64,000 nt of DNA from a virus. Below are positions 16,853 through 26,551 of the stretch, piece after piece. Location: positions 17,107-81,106 of the IMG/VR virus record IMGVR_UViG_3300018414_000007; one strand, given 5' to 3'. The first letter of the stretch is position 1. Each line of letters starts with the position of its first letter. The position numbers and the translations under genes are program-made. The notes under the pieces are model-generated. The model searched no databases. It saw only the letters and a list, made by a program, of their open reading frames with translations, and was not told the DNA's origin.

Positions 16853-17298
16853 TGTATTATGCAGGACAATTAATTGATATTTCTCTATGGTCTTGGTTAC
16901 TTCTTATAATGATTAAGAGAGTAATATGTAGAGGCTTTGATATAAGATTAAATACAATAGTAACAGCTTTTAAACAACATAGCTTTATATCTATTACAAG
17001 AGAAAAACTTCACAATCTAATCAAGAATCATCATTACTATAGTGAAATATTAATATTAATTGCATCAGCATTAATGGTAATAAGTATAAGTAACGACTTA
17101 TATTTATACAGTCATAATCTTATAGATAAGATACAAACACTAGATATATTTAAACAATTAGTATTTAGTAAACTTATTAGTATAGGATTAATTTTTAAGT
17201 TTAGACGATCTCAGCCTAAACTATTCAGTAACATAAAGGAGGAAATCAAAGATGCATACAATAAAATTGTTTCTCCCTTTTCAGAAGCAGTTCATTGA
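16852..17298 (+). CDS. Membrane protein
   Basis: Three hydrophobic segments; coupled to the previous gene. Confidence 0.6.
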   Translation: MYYAGQLIDISLWSWLLLIMIKRVICRGFDIRLNTIVTAFKQHSFISITREKLHNLIKNHHYYSEILILIASALMVISISNDLYLYSHNLIDKIQTLDIFKQLVFSKLISIGLIFKFRRSQPKLFSNIKEEIKDAYNKIVSPFSEAVH

Positions 17299-17404
17299 CC
17301 TTGGAGAAGGTAAAGATTTAGAAGCAACTGCAATACAATCACAGAAAAAACTTTTAGAACAAAATATATTATCTTGGATAATATACATACGTAATGAGGA
17401 TTAA
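17252..17404 (+). CDS. Small hypothetical protein (50 aa)
   Basis: Read by hand: MHTIKLFLPFQKQFIDLGEG..., preceded by AAAGGAGG. Confidence 0.4.
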   Translation: MHTIKLFLPFQKQFIDLGEGKDLEATAIQSQKKLLEQNILSWIIYIRNED

Positions 17405-17418
17405 TAGTCCTCTTTTTT
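17396..17418 (+). terminator. Intrinsic terminator
   Basis: GAGGATT-AAT-AGTCCTC followed by T6. Confidence 0.7.
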
Positions 17419-17429
17419 ATTTTATATAT

Positions 17430-17564
17430 ATGAGTAAATCAAGTAGAAAAAGAAAAGCACAGAGGAGATTAGACTCTAAGATGGGTAATTATGATAAATT
17501 TGGAGGTAAGTCTCCTTATAGTGGTCATAAATTAAATAAACCAGGAAGTAAACAAATTAAATAG
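17430..17564 (+). CDS. Small very basic protein (44 aa)
   Basis: Read by hand: MSKSSRKRKAQRRLDSKMGNYDKFGGKSPYSGHKLNKPGSKQIK*. Ends 2 nt before the next ATG. Confidence 0.6.
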   Translation: MSKSSRKRKAQRRLDSKMGNYDKFGGKSPYSGHKLNKPGSKQIK

Positions 17565-17566
17565 AA

Positions 17567-18091
17567 ATGGGATCAACAATTTTAAATAATATAACAGACA
17601 CACCTTATTATATAAATTGGTTAAAAGATCAAGATTTTGTACAAAATTTCCATAAAACAATTATAAATCAAAATACATACCAATCACAAATAAATAATAC
17701 TATGGCAAAAGCAGTAAAAGAAGAAGGAGAACCCGCTCCTTCAGAAGAAAATAAAGGTAAAAAATGTTTTAGAGATTTAAAAATAGGTGATGAATATTAC
17801 CAAACAATACCTACTACTGGTATGTTATCAGTTATTAAAGTAACTTCTTTAGTTAAGTATGATGATAAAAGAGTTGTAGTTAATGGTAGTCATACAGTTA
17901 ATTTTGAGAATACACTACACAACGCAACTACTTTTATAGTATATTTAGATAAAGATGAAGCTGAATTTTCTATTATAGAAGGTTTAGAAAAGAAATTAGA
18001 ACAAGAGGTAAAAGATCTTGTGATAAGAGAACAATCTTTAAAAGAAAAAACTCAAAGACTTGAAGAATTAAAAAATAAATTTAAAAAATAA
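17567..18091 (+). CDS. Hypothetical protein with C-terminal coiled coil
   Basis: 174-aa ORF; an internal start (MAKAVKE) is also possible. Confidence 0.65.
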   Translation: MGSTILNNITDTPYYINWLKDQDFVQNFHKTIINQNTYQSQINNTMAKAVKEEGEPAPSEENKGKKCFRDLKIGDEYYQTIPTTGMLSVIKVTSLVKYDDKRVVVNGSHTVNFENTLHNATTFIVYLDKDEAEFSIIEGLEKKLEQEVKDLVIREQSLKEKTQRLEELKNKFKK

Positions 18092-18114
18092 AAACAAATA
18101 AAACTTTCATTAAC

Positions 18115-18438
18115 ATGGAAAAAAATAATAACTCTATATTCTTCTTCTATCCAGATGCAGAAGAAGGTCAACCAAGAAAAGTAATTGCTGGAGTATTTAA
18201 CTCTAATACTAATACTCTTATAATTGCTAAATCAGAATGTTCTCCTAAAGACAACTTCTGTAAAGATAAAGGTAGGAAGATTGCATTAGGTAGAGCCTTA
18301 TGTAATAGAGAAATTAAAGTTAAAGAGTATAAAGGTAAACAATCTAAAACAAATAAAAATTTGTTACCAAGAATCTTTAACTTAGAATCTGCTGAAAAAC
18401 CACAACAAAAATTCATTCAAATAGCAAAATCACTTTAA
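18115..18438 (+). CDS. Hypothetical phage protein
   Basis: Contains a CSPKDNFCKDKGRKIALGRA motif of the type common in small phage proteins. Confidence 0.7.
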   Translation: MEKNNNSIFFFYPDAEEGQPRKVIAGVFNSNTNTLIIAKSECSPKDNFCKDKGRKIALGRALCNREIKVKEYKGKQSKTNKNLLPRIFNLESAEKPQQKFIQIAKSL

Positions 18439-18439
18439 C

Positions 18440-19159
18440 ATGGCTAGGCTACAAGATATAGAAAAAATAATAGATAACTACGAAGAGAAGTTAAGAAAAG
18501 AAAAGCCTTTAAAAGCGTATAGTCATAGTAACAATTCTCTTGAATTAGAATCTGTACCTTATAATAAAACAGATTTAAAAAGCTTTATCATAGACTTCTT
18601 TAAAGACAATCATGGATACAATCCTAAACCTTGTTTTGCTAGAACTATTCAAACTAGAGAAGGGAAAGAAGAAACAACTAGTAGAGGACAAAGAAGAACT
18701 GCTGGAGATATATTCAGGTTTGCATTAAGATATTATTCTGATGATATTACTTTATATGATGTTATGGAAATATTATATGATTTAGTACAAAATGAATATA
18801 AATTTCAGACTCCTAACAGTAATAGTGATTATGCTACTCTTTATATGAATATTTGTAGTACTATTTATAGAAGGGTATTTAATTTATCACCTGGTTATAA
18901 AGGAAAATATAAATTTGATTCTAGTAATCAATATTATACTGATACTAGCACTAGTTCTATTAGAAATGAATTTCATATATTTGGATCTGATTACACTTTA
19001 CTTTTTGATACTAAAGAAGGTAAGGAATTAGTTTCAAGTAAACGTAATGAAATTGTTATTCCTGCTAATATGACTAGTGAAGAGCTAGATAGGTTAGTTA
19101 TGGAAAAACTAAAAAAATTGAAATCTCCAATAAAATTGGATAAAGTAGGTTATTTCTAA
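18440..19159 (+). CDS. Hypothetical protein
   Basis: 239-aa ORF. Confidence 0.7.
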   Translation: MARLQDIEKIIDNYEEKLRKEKPLKAYSHSNNSLELESVPYNKTDLKSFIIDFFKDNHGYNPKPCFARTIQTREGKEETTSRGQRRTAGDIFRFALRYYSDDITLYDVMEILYDLVQNEYKFQTPNSNSDYATLYMNICSTIYRRVFNLSPGYKGKYKFDSSNQYYTDTSTSSIRNEFHIFGSDYTLLFDTKEGKELVSSKRNEIVIPANMTSEELDRLVMEKLKKLKSPIKLDKVGYF

Positions 19160-19160
19160 A

Positions 19161-19195
19161 CTATCTCCTCCAATAAAGCGTTAAAAAGGAGGTAG
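19161..19195 (+). promoter_or_regulatory. Hairpin sequestering the polA Shine-Dalgarno
   Basis: CTATCTCCT (19161-19169) pairs with AGGAGGTAG (19187-19195). Confidence 0.6.
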
Positions 19196-21085
19196 ATTAT
19201 AGAAAGTAAAATAAATTTTGTAGGTCCAGAGGATTTATACAAAGAGGAAGGTAATCAACTATATGATCTAAAATCTATAGAAGATTGCCTTTCTTGGTTA
19301 AAGACATTATCATCAGTATCTTTAGATACAGAAACAGAAGGATTTTTTAATTTTAAGAATAAAATTATAATGCTTCAGTTATCTGACGGTAAAGAAGTTT
19401 GGGTGATAGATGTAAGAGGAAAAGAATACTATAATAAGTTAAAACCTGTATTAGAAAGTATTTTAGTATTAGGTCAAAATTTAAAGTTTGATTACAAATT
19501 CTTAAAATTTGAAGGAATAGAACTAAATAATATATATGATACATTCTTAGCTGAATGTGCTTTAACTAACGGTCTTACTGAAAGGCAATTAGGATTAGGA
19601 GCTATTGCTAAGAAGTATTTAGATGTTAATTTAGATAAATCTGTTAGAAATCAATTTATAGGATTAGAAGGTAAACCCTTTACATTCAAACAAATTATAT
19701 ATGGTGCAGAAGATGTACTGTATTTACATAAAATAAGAGAATTACAATTACAGAAAGCAGCAGAGTTAGATCTAGTAGATTATATACTATTAGAATGTCA
19801 AGCTTGTCTTGCAATCAGTGATATTGAATATAATGGTCTTGGATTTAATCCTCAAGCTTGGTTAGATTTAGCTAAAAAGGTAAATAGTAATATACCTCAG
19901 CTAGAATTAGAATTAGATCAGTTTATATTATCTGAACCAAAGAAGTATTATAAGTTTATTAACCAAACTCCTCAATTAGATATATTTGGAGGTGAAAGTA
20001 GAAGAGTATTAGTTGAATGGAGTAGTCCTACACAAATGCTTAAGCTACTTAAAGTAGTCTTAAATGATCCAAATTTAGAAAAGACTGAGGAAAAAGAAAT
20101 TGCTAAATATCAATTTGATTATCCATTTATTAGTAAATTCATAGATTATAAGAAAGAAGCTAAACTTGCTTCTACTTATGGTGAAGATTTTATTAAGTAT
20201 GTTAATCCTGTTACAGGTAGAATCCATAGTGATTTTTGGCAGATTCTAGTTACTAGTAGAGTTAGTTCTAATAATCCTAATTTACAAAACCTTCCAGCTA
20301 AAAATGATTATTTAAATTGTTTTGTAGCAGATAAAGGTAAGAAAATAATAGGTATAGATTACAAAGGACAAGAAGCAAGAATAGCTGCTTGTTTTAGTAA
20401 AGAAGCTACTTGGTTAGATGCTATTAAAGATGATAAAGACTTACATGGTGAAGTTGCTAAGCTTATGTTTAATATTACAGATGCTGAAGTAAGAAATAAA
20501 CCAGATTTTCTTAGAGGTAAATCTTATAGAGATATAGCTAAGAATATTAACTTTATGGCTTTATTTGGTGGTACTAAATGGAAGTTAAGTAAAATGCTTT
20601 TGTGTAGCTTAGATGAAGCTCAGGATCTATTAGACAGATACTTTTCTGCAACTAAGAACTTACAAGTATATTTAAATAAATGTGCTTCTTATGGCCTTAA
20701 AAGAGGTTATATAAGAAGTGGTAAACCATATAGTGCTATTAGATGGTTTGAGAATTGGAAAGAAAATTTAGATATTTATAAAGACTCTAAAATTATTGGA
20801 GAAATTACAAGAAACTGTTTTAATAGTCCAATTCAATCTACTGCAGCTATTACTACTAAATTAGCATTAATTAAACTAAGAGATTATATAAAAGATAATT
20901 CTTTGTCTAACAAAGTAAAGATTATTCATGTAGTTCATGATGCAATATATACTGAAGTAGATGATGATATTTGTAATGAATTTGCAGAAATTCAATCAAA
21001 TATAATGAAAAAGGCTGGTAAAGTATTCATACAAGATTTAATTATGGATACAGATATAACCATAGATATATATTGGAAAAAATAA
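19196..21085 (+). CDS. polA: DNA polymerase family A with 3'-5' exonuclease; non-AUG (ATT/ATA) start
   Basis: The frame is open from 19196 and includes ExoI DTET (19325). ExoII GQNLKFD, ExoIII YGAEDV, SSNNPNLQN, motif A IDYKGQEARI, motif B RDIAKNINF, motif C VHDAI. Confidence 0.92.
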   Translation: MIESKINFVGPEDLYKEEGNQLYDLKSIEDCLSWLKTLSSVSLDTETEGFFNFKNKIIMLQLSDGKEVWVIDVRGKEYYNKLKPVLESILVLGQNLKFDYKFLKFEGIELNNIYDTFLAECALTNGLTERQLGLGAIAKKYLDVNLDKSVRNQFIGLEGKPFTFKQIIYGAEDVLYLHKIRELQLQKAAELDLVDYILLECQACLAISDIEYNGLGFNPQAWLDLAKKVNSNIPQLELELDQFILSEPKKYYKFINQTPQLDIFGGESRRVLVEWSSPTQMLKLLKVVLNDPNLEKTEEKEIAKYQFDYPFISKFIDYKKEAKLASTYGEDFIKYVNPVTGRIHSDFWQILVTSRVSSNNPNLQNLPAKNDYLNCFVADKGKKIIGIDYKGQEARIAACFSKEATWLDAIKDDKDLHGEVAKLMFNITDAEVRNKPDFLRGKSYRDIAKNINFMALFGGTKWKLSKMLLCSLDEAQDLLDRYFSATKNLQVYLNKCASYGLKRGYIRSGKPYSAIRWFENWKENLDIYKDSKIIGEITRNCFNSPIQSTAAITTKLALIKLRDYIKDNSLSNKVKIIHVVHDAIYTEVDDDICNEFAEIQSNIMKKAGKVFIQDLIMDTDITIDIYWKK

Positions 21086-21103
21086 ATATTAAATTAAAAA
21101 ATA

Positions 21104-22747
21104 ATGCAAATAAGAAATAAAAAAAGAAAGGCATTAGAAGCAGAAATACAAAGAGAAAAAGACCCCAACTTTAACCCTGTAGAACATATAGTAGTAAACT
21201 CATTAGAGTATATTTTTGGTAAAGATCCTTCTGAATGGGGGATTTTATGTAAACCAATTGAAACTGTAGTTTCATATATGTGGGAAGAAAAGAAAAGAAA
21301 GCCTTTACATAAAAGGTTAAAACCTAAAAAGAATTTTCCTACTAATAGTCCTTCTACTAGTTTTGAACCAGTAAGCGTAACTTTTAGTTCAGGAACATCT
21401 ACAATAATATCTTCAACACCTAGTTGGGAATTAACAGAATCTTCTGATCAAGAAGAATCAATTGTAGATATTGAATTTGATGGAGAAGAATCTACTTCTA
21501 TTACTGATCATGGTGTAATTACAGCTACTGATGCACAAAAATTTAATTACTATACTCATGATGCTAAGTTGTCAAATCTTAATCTTGGAGAATTACAAGA
21601 GTATATAAATATATTATATAAGTATATTAATAAAGCTAACCAAAGAATAGAGCATTATAGTAATATAATGTTAACTAGTCCTAATCCTGCAATTAATGAA
21701 TTAAGAAACAGTTCAATTTCAAATAGAGACGAACTTCTTAATAAATTAAATCTTATTAAAATCTATATAAGTAATTTTAAAGAAAGTGTTGTTAAACAAC
21801 CATTAGAAGAGATAAATAAAAAGGAATCTTTTAATGATAAGATTAAACAGGGATTTAGATCTTTTTATTCAGCTACACTTGGATATCCTACTGTTATAAA
21901 GGGTTATATAATCAATGATAAAATATTTACTAATAATAGTGAATTAGCTTTATATGCAAGTACTAATAAAATACTTTGGGATCTTACAAAAATGATTTTA
22001 AGGGTTTCAAGATTCAATTATGAAACAAATGAAATTGAAACTAAAACTAAAATTGTTTCATTTAAACCTTTAAGTAAAGTTAAAGAAAGTTTAATACTTT
22101 CAGTACTACCTTTATTAGTAGATTTTAAAATCTGTTCATTTAAAAATAGTAACAATTTCTTTAATGATAAGATAGATAGAGAAAAGTTTCTTTATACTAA
22201 AACTCCATTTTGGAAAGTTAAAACAGTTAAATCCTTAATTGGTAAAAACAGATTAAGTAATTCCGTAGTTTCTATTGAAAATCCAGATAAAGGAGATGAA
22301 ATTTACTTTTTATTAGGTGATTGTAAAGTAGAAAATAAAGAACTTTGTGGTTATAGTATACCAATGGATAAGACTATAACTATAAATTCTATAGTAAAAG
22401 TAAAGGATAGTAAAATATCTAAATATAATTTAAAACAAGTAACAAATACAGAGGCTGAAGTTATCTCTATTAAACCAAATTCTTCTAGTAAAAAGATATC
22501 TAAGAATTCTAATAATCATAGATTGGATATTATAACTATTAGAAATAGATTTAAAGAGATGAAAGTCTATGCACAAGATCTAAAATTTATTAAAAACAAA
22601 TCAATTAAAACAAATGACAGCAGTATTAAAAAAGAAAGTGGTAATAAAGAGCCTTACCACGGAATCTCCAAAGACTGGTTTGAAAGTACAATCCAAAATA
22701 TCTACCAAAGTGAGTACATCCAATACACATCCAGTCCAAACTTCTAA
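21104..22747 (+). CDS. Large hypothetical protein
   Basis: 547-aa ORF; its 3' end overlaps the next gene. Confidence 0.7.
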   Translation: MQIRNKKRKALEAEIQREKDPNFNPVEHIVVNSLEYIFGKDPSEWGILCKPIETVVSYMWEEKKRKPLHKRLKPKKNFPTNSPSTSFEPVSVTFSSGTSTIISSTPSWELTESSDQEESIVDIEFDGEESTSITDHGVITATDAQKFNYYTHDAKLSNLNLGELQEYINILYKYINKANQRIEHYSNIMLTSPNPAINELRNSSISNRDELLNKLNLIKIYISNFKESVVKQPLEEINKKESFNDKIKQGFRSFYSATLGYPTVIKGYIINDKIFTNNSELALYASTNKILWDLTKMILRVSRFNYETNEIETKTKIVSFKPLSKVKESLILSVLPLLVDFKICSFKNSNNFFNDKIDREKFLYTKTPFWKVKTVKSLIGKNRLSNSVVSIENPDKGDEIYFLLGDCKVENKELCGYSIPMDKTITINSIVKVKDSKISKYNLKQVTNTEAEVISIKPNSSSKKISKNSNNHRLDIITIRNRFKEMKVYAQDLKFIKNKSIKTNDSSIKKESGNKEPYHGISKDWFESTIQNIYQSEYIQYTSSPNF

Positions 22748-23558
22748 AATTCCTACTTATCGTCCACAAGTAAGAAGTAGACATCCTTCACATAATGGAT
22801 TAAGGACATTATTAGCTAAATTACCTTTTAAATCTTTAATTAGATTTGGAAGTACTACCGAAGTAAATGATGGTATAAAAAGAGTAGAACTTAATTCTCC
22901 TGAAGCTATTAGAAAAAGTAGTAATAAACTACTTATGAAACAAAGCTTCTCTGAAGGTAATGTTAAAACAGCAGATTGGACTAATCAAGTTGCTAATGTA
23001 CCTGCAATTACAGAAAACTGGAAATATAAGTGTGTAATCAAAAAGCATTTTGGTAGTAGAGGTGAAGGTAATACTTTAGTATCTACTCAAAAGGAGTTTG
23101 ATTTGTTTATGAAGGGTAAAAGTGCTTCTGAATATATATTTGAGAGATTCTATAATTATGATAGAGAATACAGACTTCATGTAAATGAAGATGGTTGTTA
23201 TTATACTTGTAGAAAAGCATTAAAATCAGATACTCCAGAAAGCTCTAAATGGTTTAAAAATGATAGTAATTGTGTTTGGTATTTAGAAACTAATCCAAGC
23301 TTTGATAAACCAGTAAATTGGGATAGTGTTGTTAGTCAGAGTGTTAAAGCTCTTAAAGCAGTAGGATTAGACTTTGGAGCAGTTGATTTGAGAATTCAAT
23401 CAGCTAAAGATTCAAAAGGTAGAGTTAGGGAAGATCCTGACTTTATTGTAATTGAAATTAATAGTGCTCCAAGTTTGAATGATAGTGAAAGTATTGTATT
23501 TGCTAAATACTTAGAAGTACTTCCTACCATGTTAAAGAAAAAGTTTTTAAAAAGTTAA
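22614..23558 (+). CDS. ATP-grasp peptide/amide ligase
   Basis: SNKLLMK, FGSRGEG, REYRLHV, LDFGAVD and IEINSAP motifs. Confidence 0.9.
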   Translation: MTAVLKKKVVIKSLTTESPKTGLKVQSKISTKVSTSNTHPVQTSKIPTYRPQVRSRHPSHNGLRTLLAKLPFKSLIRFGSTTEVNDGIKRVELNSPEAIRKSSNKLLMKQSFSEGNVKTADWTNQVANVPAITENWKYKCVIKKHFGSRGEGNTLVSTQKEFDLFMKGKSASEYIFERFYNYDREYRLHVNEDGCYYTCRKALKSDTPESSKWFKNDSNCVWYLETNPSFDKPVNWDSVVSQSVKALKAVGLDFGAVDLRIQSAKDSKGRVREDPDFIVIEINSAPSLNDSESIVFAKYLEVLPTMLKKKFLKS

Positions 23559-23570
23559 TATAAAAGAATA

Positions 23571-24383
23571 ATGAATAAACATAAAAATTTTAAAGTATTT
23601 GTAGTAGGATTTAATACTGGCTACGCTAGGTGGATACAAGGTGAACTTGCTAAAAATATGAAAGAGGCTGATGTTGTTCTGTTTACAGGGGGAGAAGATA
23701 TTTCTCCCTCTTTATACGGAGAAACAGCTGGAAGACATACATTTCCCTATGATAGACCAAATGGTCAATTACCTTTAAGAGATGAATTTGAGGTAAGGAA
23801 TTATAAAGAAGCGTTAGAGTTAGGTAAACCTATGTGGGGTACTTGTAGAGGTGCTCAATTGTTATGTGCTTTAGCTGGTGGTAAATTAGTACAGGATATG
23901 AGTCATCATAGTTCTCATAAATTGTATTTCTATGATAATGAGTATGAGTGTGTAAGTAATACTTTACATCACCAAATGCAATATCCTTACACTATGAAAG
24001 ATGGTGAAGACTATAAAATCTTAGCTCATGCTATAGGTCAGAGCCCTTACTTCTTAGATGGTAATGATAAACCTCTTATTATGCCTGAAACAGTGAAAAA
24101 ACAAGGATATGCTAAACCTCTTATTAAAGAACCAGAGTTTGTATATTATCCTAAAATTAAATCTTTAGGTATACAAGGACATCCTGAAATGATGTCTACT
24201 AATAGTGATATGGTTTTAGTATGTCATGCATTTTTAAATCTTTTGATAGAGGATAAGTTAAATGATGCTCTCCTTTTAAATATTCCTGTTAAATCTATTA
24301 TAAGTAGAGCTTGGGATTTTAATTTTACAAAAGAAGAAAATGCATTATTAAATCAAATTAAAGAAGTCCCTATCGAGGTATAA
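23571..24383 (+). CDS. Class I glutamine amidotransferase / peptidase C26
   Basis: FTGGEDISP, GTCRGAQLL (nucleophile Cys), NTLHHQ and GIQGHPE (His-Glu). Confidence 0.9.
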   Translation: MNKHKNFKVFVVGFNTGYARWIQGELAKNMKEADVVLFTGGEDISPSLYGETAGRHTFPYDRPNGQLPLRDEFEVRNYKEALELGKPMWGTCRGAQLLCALAGGKLVQDMSHHSSHKLYFYDNEYECVSNTLHHQMQYPYTMKDGEDYKILAHAIGQSPYFLDGNDKPLIMPETVKKQGYAKPLIKEPEFVYYPKIKSLGIQGHPEMMSTNSDMVLVCHAFLNLLIEDKLNDALLLNIPVKSIISRAWDFNFTKEENALLNQIKEVPIEV

Positions 24384-24384
24384 A

Positions 24385-25014
24385 ATGAAAGAAGTAACAA
24401 TAGATAATATATTAGAGATTTTAAAAGAAGATATAGCAGGTTTAACTGAAGATAATAGAGAATCTACTATAGAAAAAATACAGTCTTATTTAATTAAATT
24501 TAGTTTCTTAACAAAAATTCCAAATATATTATTTGTTTATGGAAGCTTAAGAAAAGGAGAATTTAATTTTAAAAAGATTCAAGAAACTTTTGGGGAAAAT
24601 AGTATAATACATCTTTATCCTACAAGAGCAGATTATATGACTCTTTATGATTTAGGTGATTATCCTGTAATGATGAAGGCTAAAGGAACTTATCATACAT
24701 TTGGTGAATTAGTTTACTGTACTGATGAAGTAGTTGAAGTTATTAAACAAATGGAGTTAGAAGCAGGTTATCTATATGATACTTGTAATATATGGATTGA
24801 AAATAATAATAATCCATCTACAAAATATAGATTAATAAGTGTTCCTACTTATGTAGCAGGACCTCGCCTTAAAGATAAAATTTTCTTAAATCCAAGTACA
24901 TATCCAAGAATTACTTGTGGAGACTGGAAAAAGTATTTAAAATCTGTAGAAATAGAAGATACAAGAACTGATTTAGAAAAATTGCAAGAATCTTATTTTG
25001 GTTATTGCTACTAA
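24385..25014 (+). CDS. Gamma-glutamylcyclotransferase (AIG2-like)
   Basis: LFVYGSLRKGEFN, LYDLGDYP, GELV, LEAGY and ITCGDW motifs. Confidence 0.88.
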   Translation: MKEVTIDNILEILKEDIAGLTEDNRESTIEKIQSYLIKFSFLTKIPNILFVYGSLRKGEFNFKKIQETFGENSIIHLYPTRADYMTLYDLGDYPVMMKAKGTYHTFGELVYCTDEVVEVIKQMELEAGYLYDTCNIWIENNNNPSTKYRLISVPTYVAGPRLKDKIFLNPSTYPRITCGDWKKYLKSVEIEDTRTDLEKLQESYFGYCY

Positions 25015-25029
25015 ATTAAATATATATAA

Positions 25030-25869
25030 ATGAAAATAAAAATTGATAATTGGAAAATAGGTTCTGATCCAGAAGTTTTCCTTCATAATAAAAGTACAAA
25101 AGAAGTAGTATCTGCAATTCCCTTTATTCCGGGAGATAAACATGATCCATACCAAATACCTACATTACCAGAGGGTCATATGATTCAAACTGATAATATA
25201 ATGGTAGAGTATTGTTTACCTCCTACAAGTGATTATAGGGCTTTAATTAAGTCTTTTAGAGACTGTATAGCATATACTAATAATACTATACCAAGTGAAT
25301 TAGAAGTGGTTGTTAAAGCTTCTGCAAATGTAAGTGAACAATACTTACAAGATGAACAAGCTAAAAGATTTGGATGTGATCCAGATTTTAATGCTTGGAC
25401 AGATGATTTAAACAATCCTCCTAATAGTGATACTAATCTTAGAACTTGTGGTGGTCATATCCATATTGGCTATGATAATCCAGACTATGAACTTTCAAAG
25501 AAATTAATTAAAGCGTTAGATATATTTTTAGGTGTTCCATCTATTCTTTTAGATCCTGATAAAGATAGAAAGAAAATGTATGGTAAAGCTGGTGCACATA
25601 GGTTAAAAACTTATGGTGTAGAATATAGAGGTTTATCTAATTTCTGGTTGGCAGAAGAAGAATTAACTCAGTTAGTATTTAATGGAGTTAGAATGGCCAT
25701 TGCTATGATTAATAGTTCTGAATCTTACTTAGATAAGATGAGTGATACATTACAGTTAAAGATTCAAACTTGTATTAATACAGGAGACGAAGAGTTAGCT
25801 CAACAACTTGTACATCAACTTAGTTTATCTAGTTTATTGGCTGGTTCTACTAAAGTATATATTGACTAA
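25030..25869 (+). CDS. phiEco32-like COOH-NH2 ligase (type 2)
   Basis: IGSDPEVF, DNIMVEY, FGCDPDFNAW, RTCGGHIHIG, YGKAG and GVEYRGLSNFW motifs. Confidence 0.9.
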   Translation: MKIKIDNWKIGSDPEVFLHNKSTKEVVSAIPFIPGDKHDPYQIPTLPEGHMIQTDNIMVEYCLPPTSDYRALIKSFRDCIAYTNNTIPSELEVVVKASANVSEQYLQDEQAKRFGCDPDFNAWTDDLNNPPNSDTNLRTCGGHIHIGYDNPDYELSKKLIKALDIFLGVPSILLDPDKDRKKMYGKAGAHRLKTYGVEYRGLSNFWLAEEELTQLVFNGVRMAIAMINSSESYLDKMSDTLQLKIQTCINTGDEELAQQLVHQLSLSSLLAGSTKVYID

Positions 25870-25880
25870 TTAAAGAAACT

Positions 25881-25951
25881 TAAGAGTAGTGATAGCCTTG
25901 AGTTCGCTTTAGTTACTAATTTATTGGTAGCCTCCGGCTATCCTACTTTTA
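25881..25951 (+). ncRNA. Structured element upstream of the GATase start
   Basis: TAAGAGTAG-T-GATAGCC/GGCTATC-CTACTTTTA closing stem; inner GTTACTAA/TTGGTAGC hairpin. Confidence 0.5.
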
Positions 25952-25968
25952 AATTAAATAAAACAAAT

Positions 25969-26000
25969 ATGTGTGGATTAATATTTTGATGTGTGGATTA
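25969..26000 (+). repeat. Duplicated GATase start ATGTGTGGATTA (MCGL) x2
   Basis: Exact 12-bp direct repeat at 25969 and 25989, giving mini-ORFs MCGLIF* and MCGLYSLSLY*. Confidence 0.85.
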
Positions 26001-26015
26001 TATTCACTATCTTTG
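25985..26015 (+). promoter_or_regulatory. Bacteroidota promoter for the HNH gene
   Basis: TTTG-N19-TATCTTTG, ending 5 nt before ATG 26021. Confidence 0.65.
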
Positions 26016-26020
26016 TATTA

Positions 26021-26551
26021 ATGAAAATATGTAAAAAATGTAATGTTGAAAAATCTCTAGGAGAGTTTCACAAAGATAAAAGAACTAAGGATGGATTATA
26101 TAAATGGTGTAAATCTTGTAAAAAAGAGTATGATTTAATATACAGAAAAACAGATAAAATTCAAAATTTATATAAGTCTAAAGAGTATAGAAATAGAAAA
26201 AAGGAATATAAAAAATGGAGAGATATGACTGATCCAAGAGAACAACTTTTAATATCTGCTAAAGCTAGGGCTAAAAAGTATAATATACCTTTTAATTTAA
26301 CTATAGATGATATAGAATTAAGAGCTTATTGCCCTTTATTGGAAATTAAATTAGAAAGAAAACAATATGGAAAGGTGGGTTCATTTAATCCAAATTCCCC
26401 TTCTTTAGATAGAATAATTCCTAGTTTAGGTTATGTAAAAGGAAATATAGAGGTAATTTCAATGAAAGCAAATATAATGAAAAATAACGCAAGTATAGAA
26501 GAATTAAAAACATTTGCGAATAATATATTAAGGTGGTATGATTATGATTAA
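26021..26551 (+). CDS. HNH-type homing endonuclease with N-terminal Zn finger
   Basis: CKKC...CKSC, then CPLL and SPSLDRIIPSLGYVKGNIEVISMKAN. Confidence 0.85.
   Translation: MKICKKCNVEKSLGEFHKDKRTKDGLYKWCKSCKKEYDLIYRKTDKIQNLYKSKEYRNRKKEYKKWRDMTDPREQLLISAKARAKKYNIPFNLTIDDIELRAYCPLLEIKLERKQYGKVGSFNPNSPSLDRIIPSLGYVKGNIEVISMKANIMKNNASIEELKTFANNILRWYDYD

Noticed and set aside
19157-19195. Stop-codon reassignment (TAG to Gln, known in some crAss-like phages) as the explanation for the missing polA start
   Set aside because: Long genes are intact in code 11, TAG ends real genes (e.g. 35903), and an in-frame TAA at 19157 with no start codon before the TAG means recoding would not supply a start.
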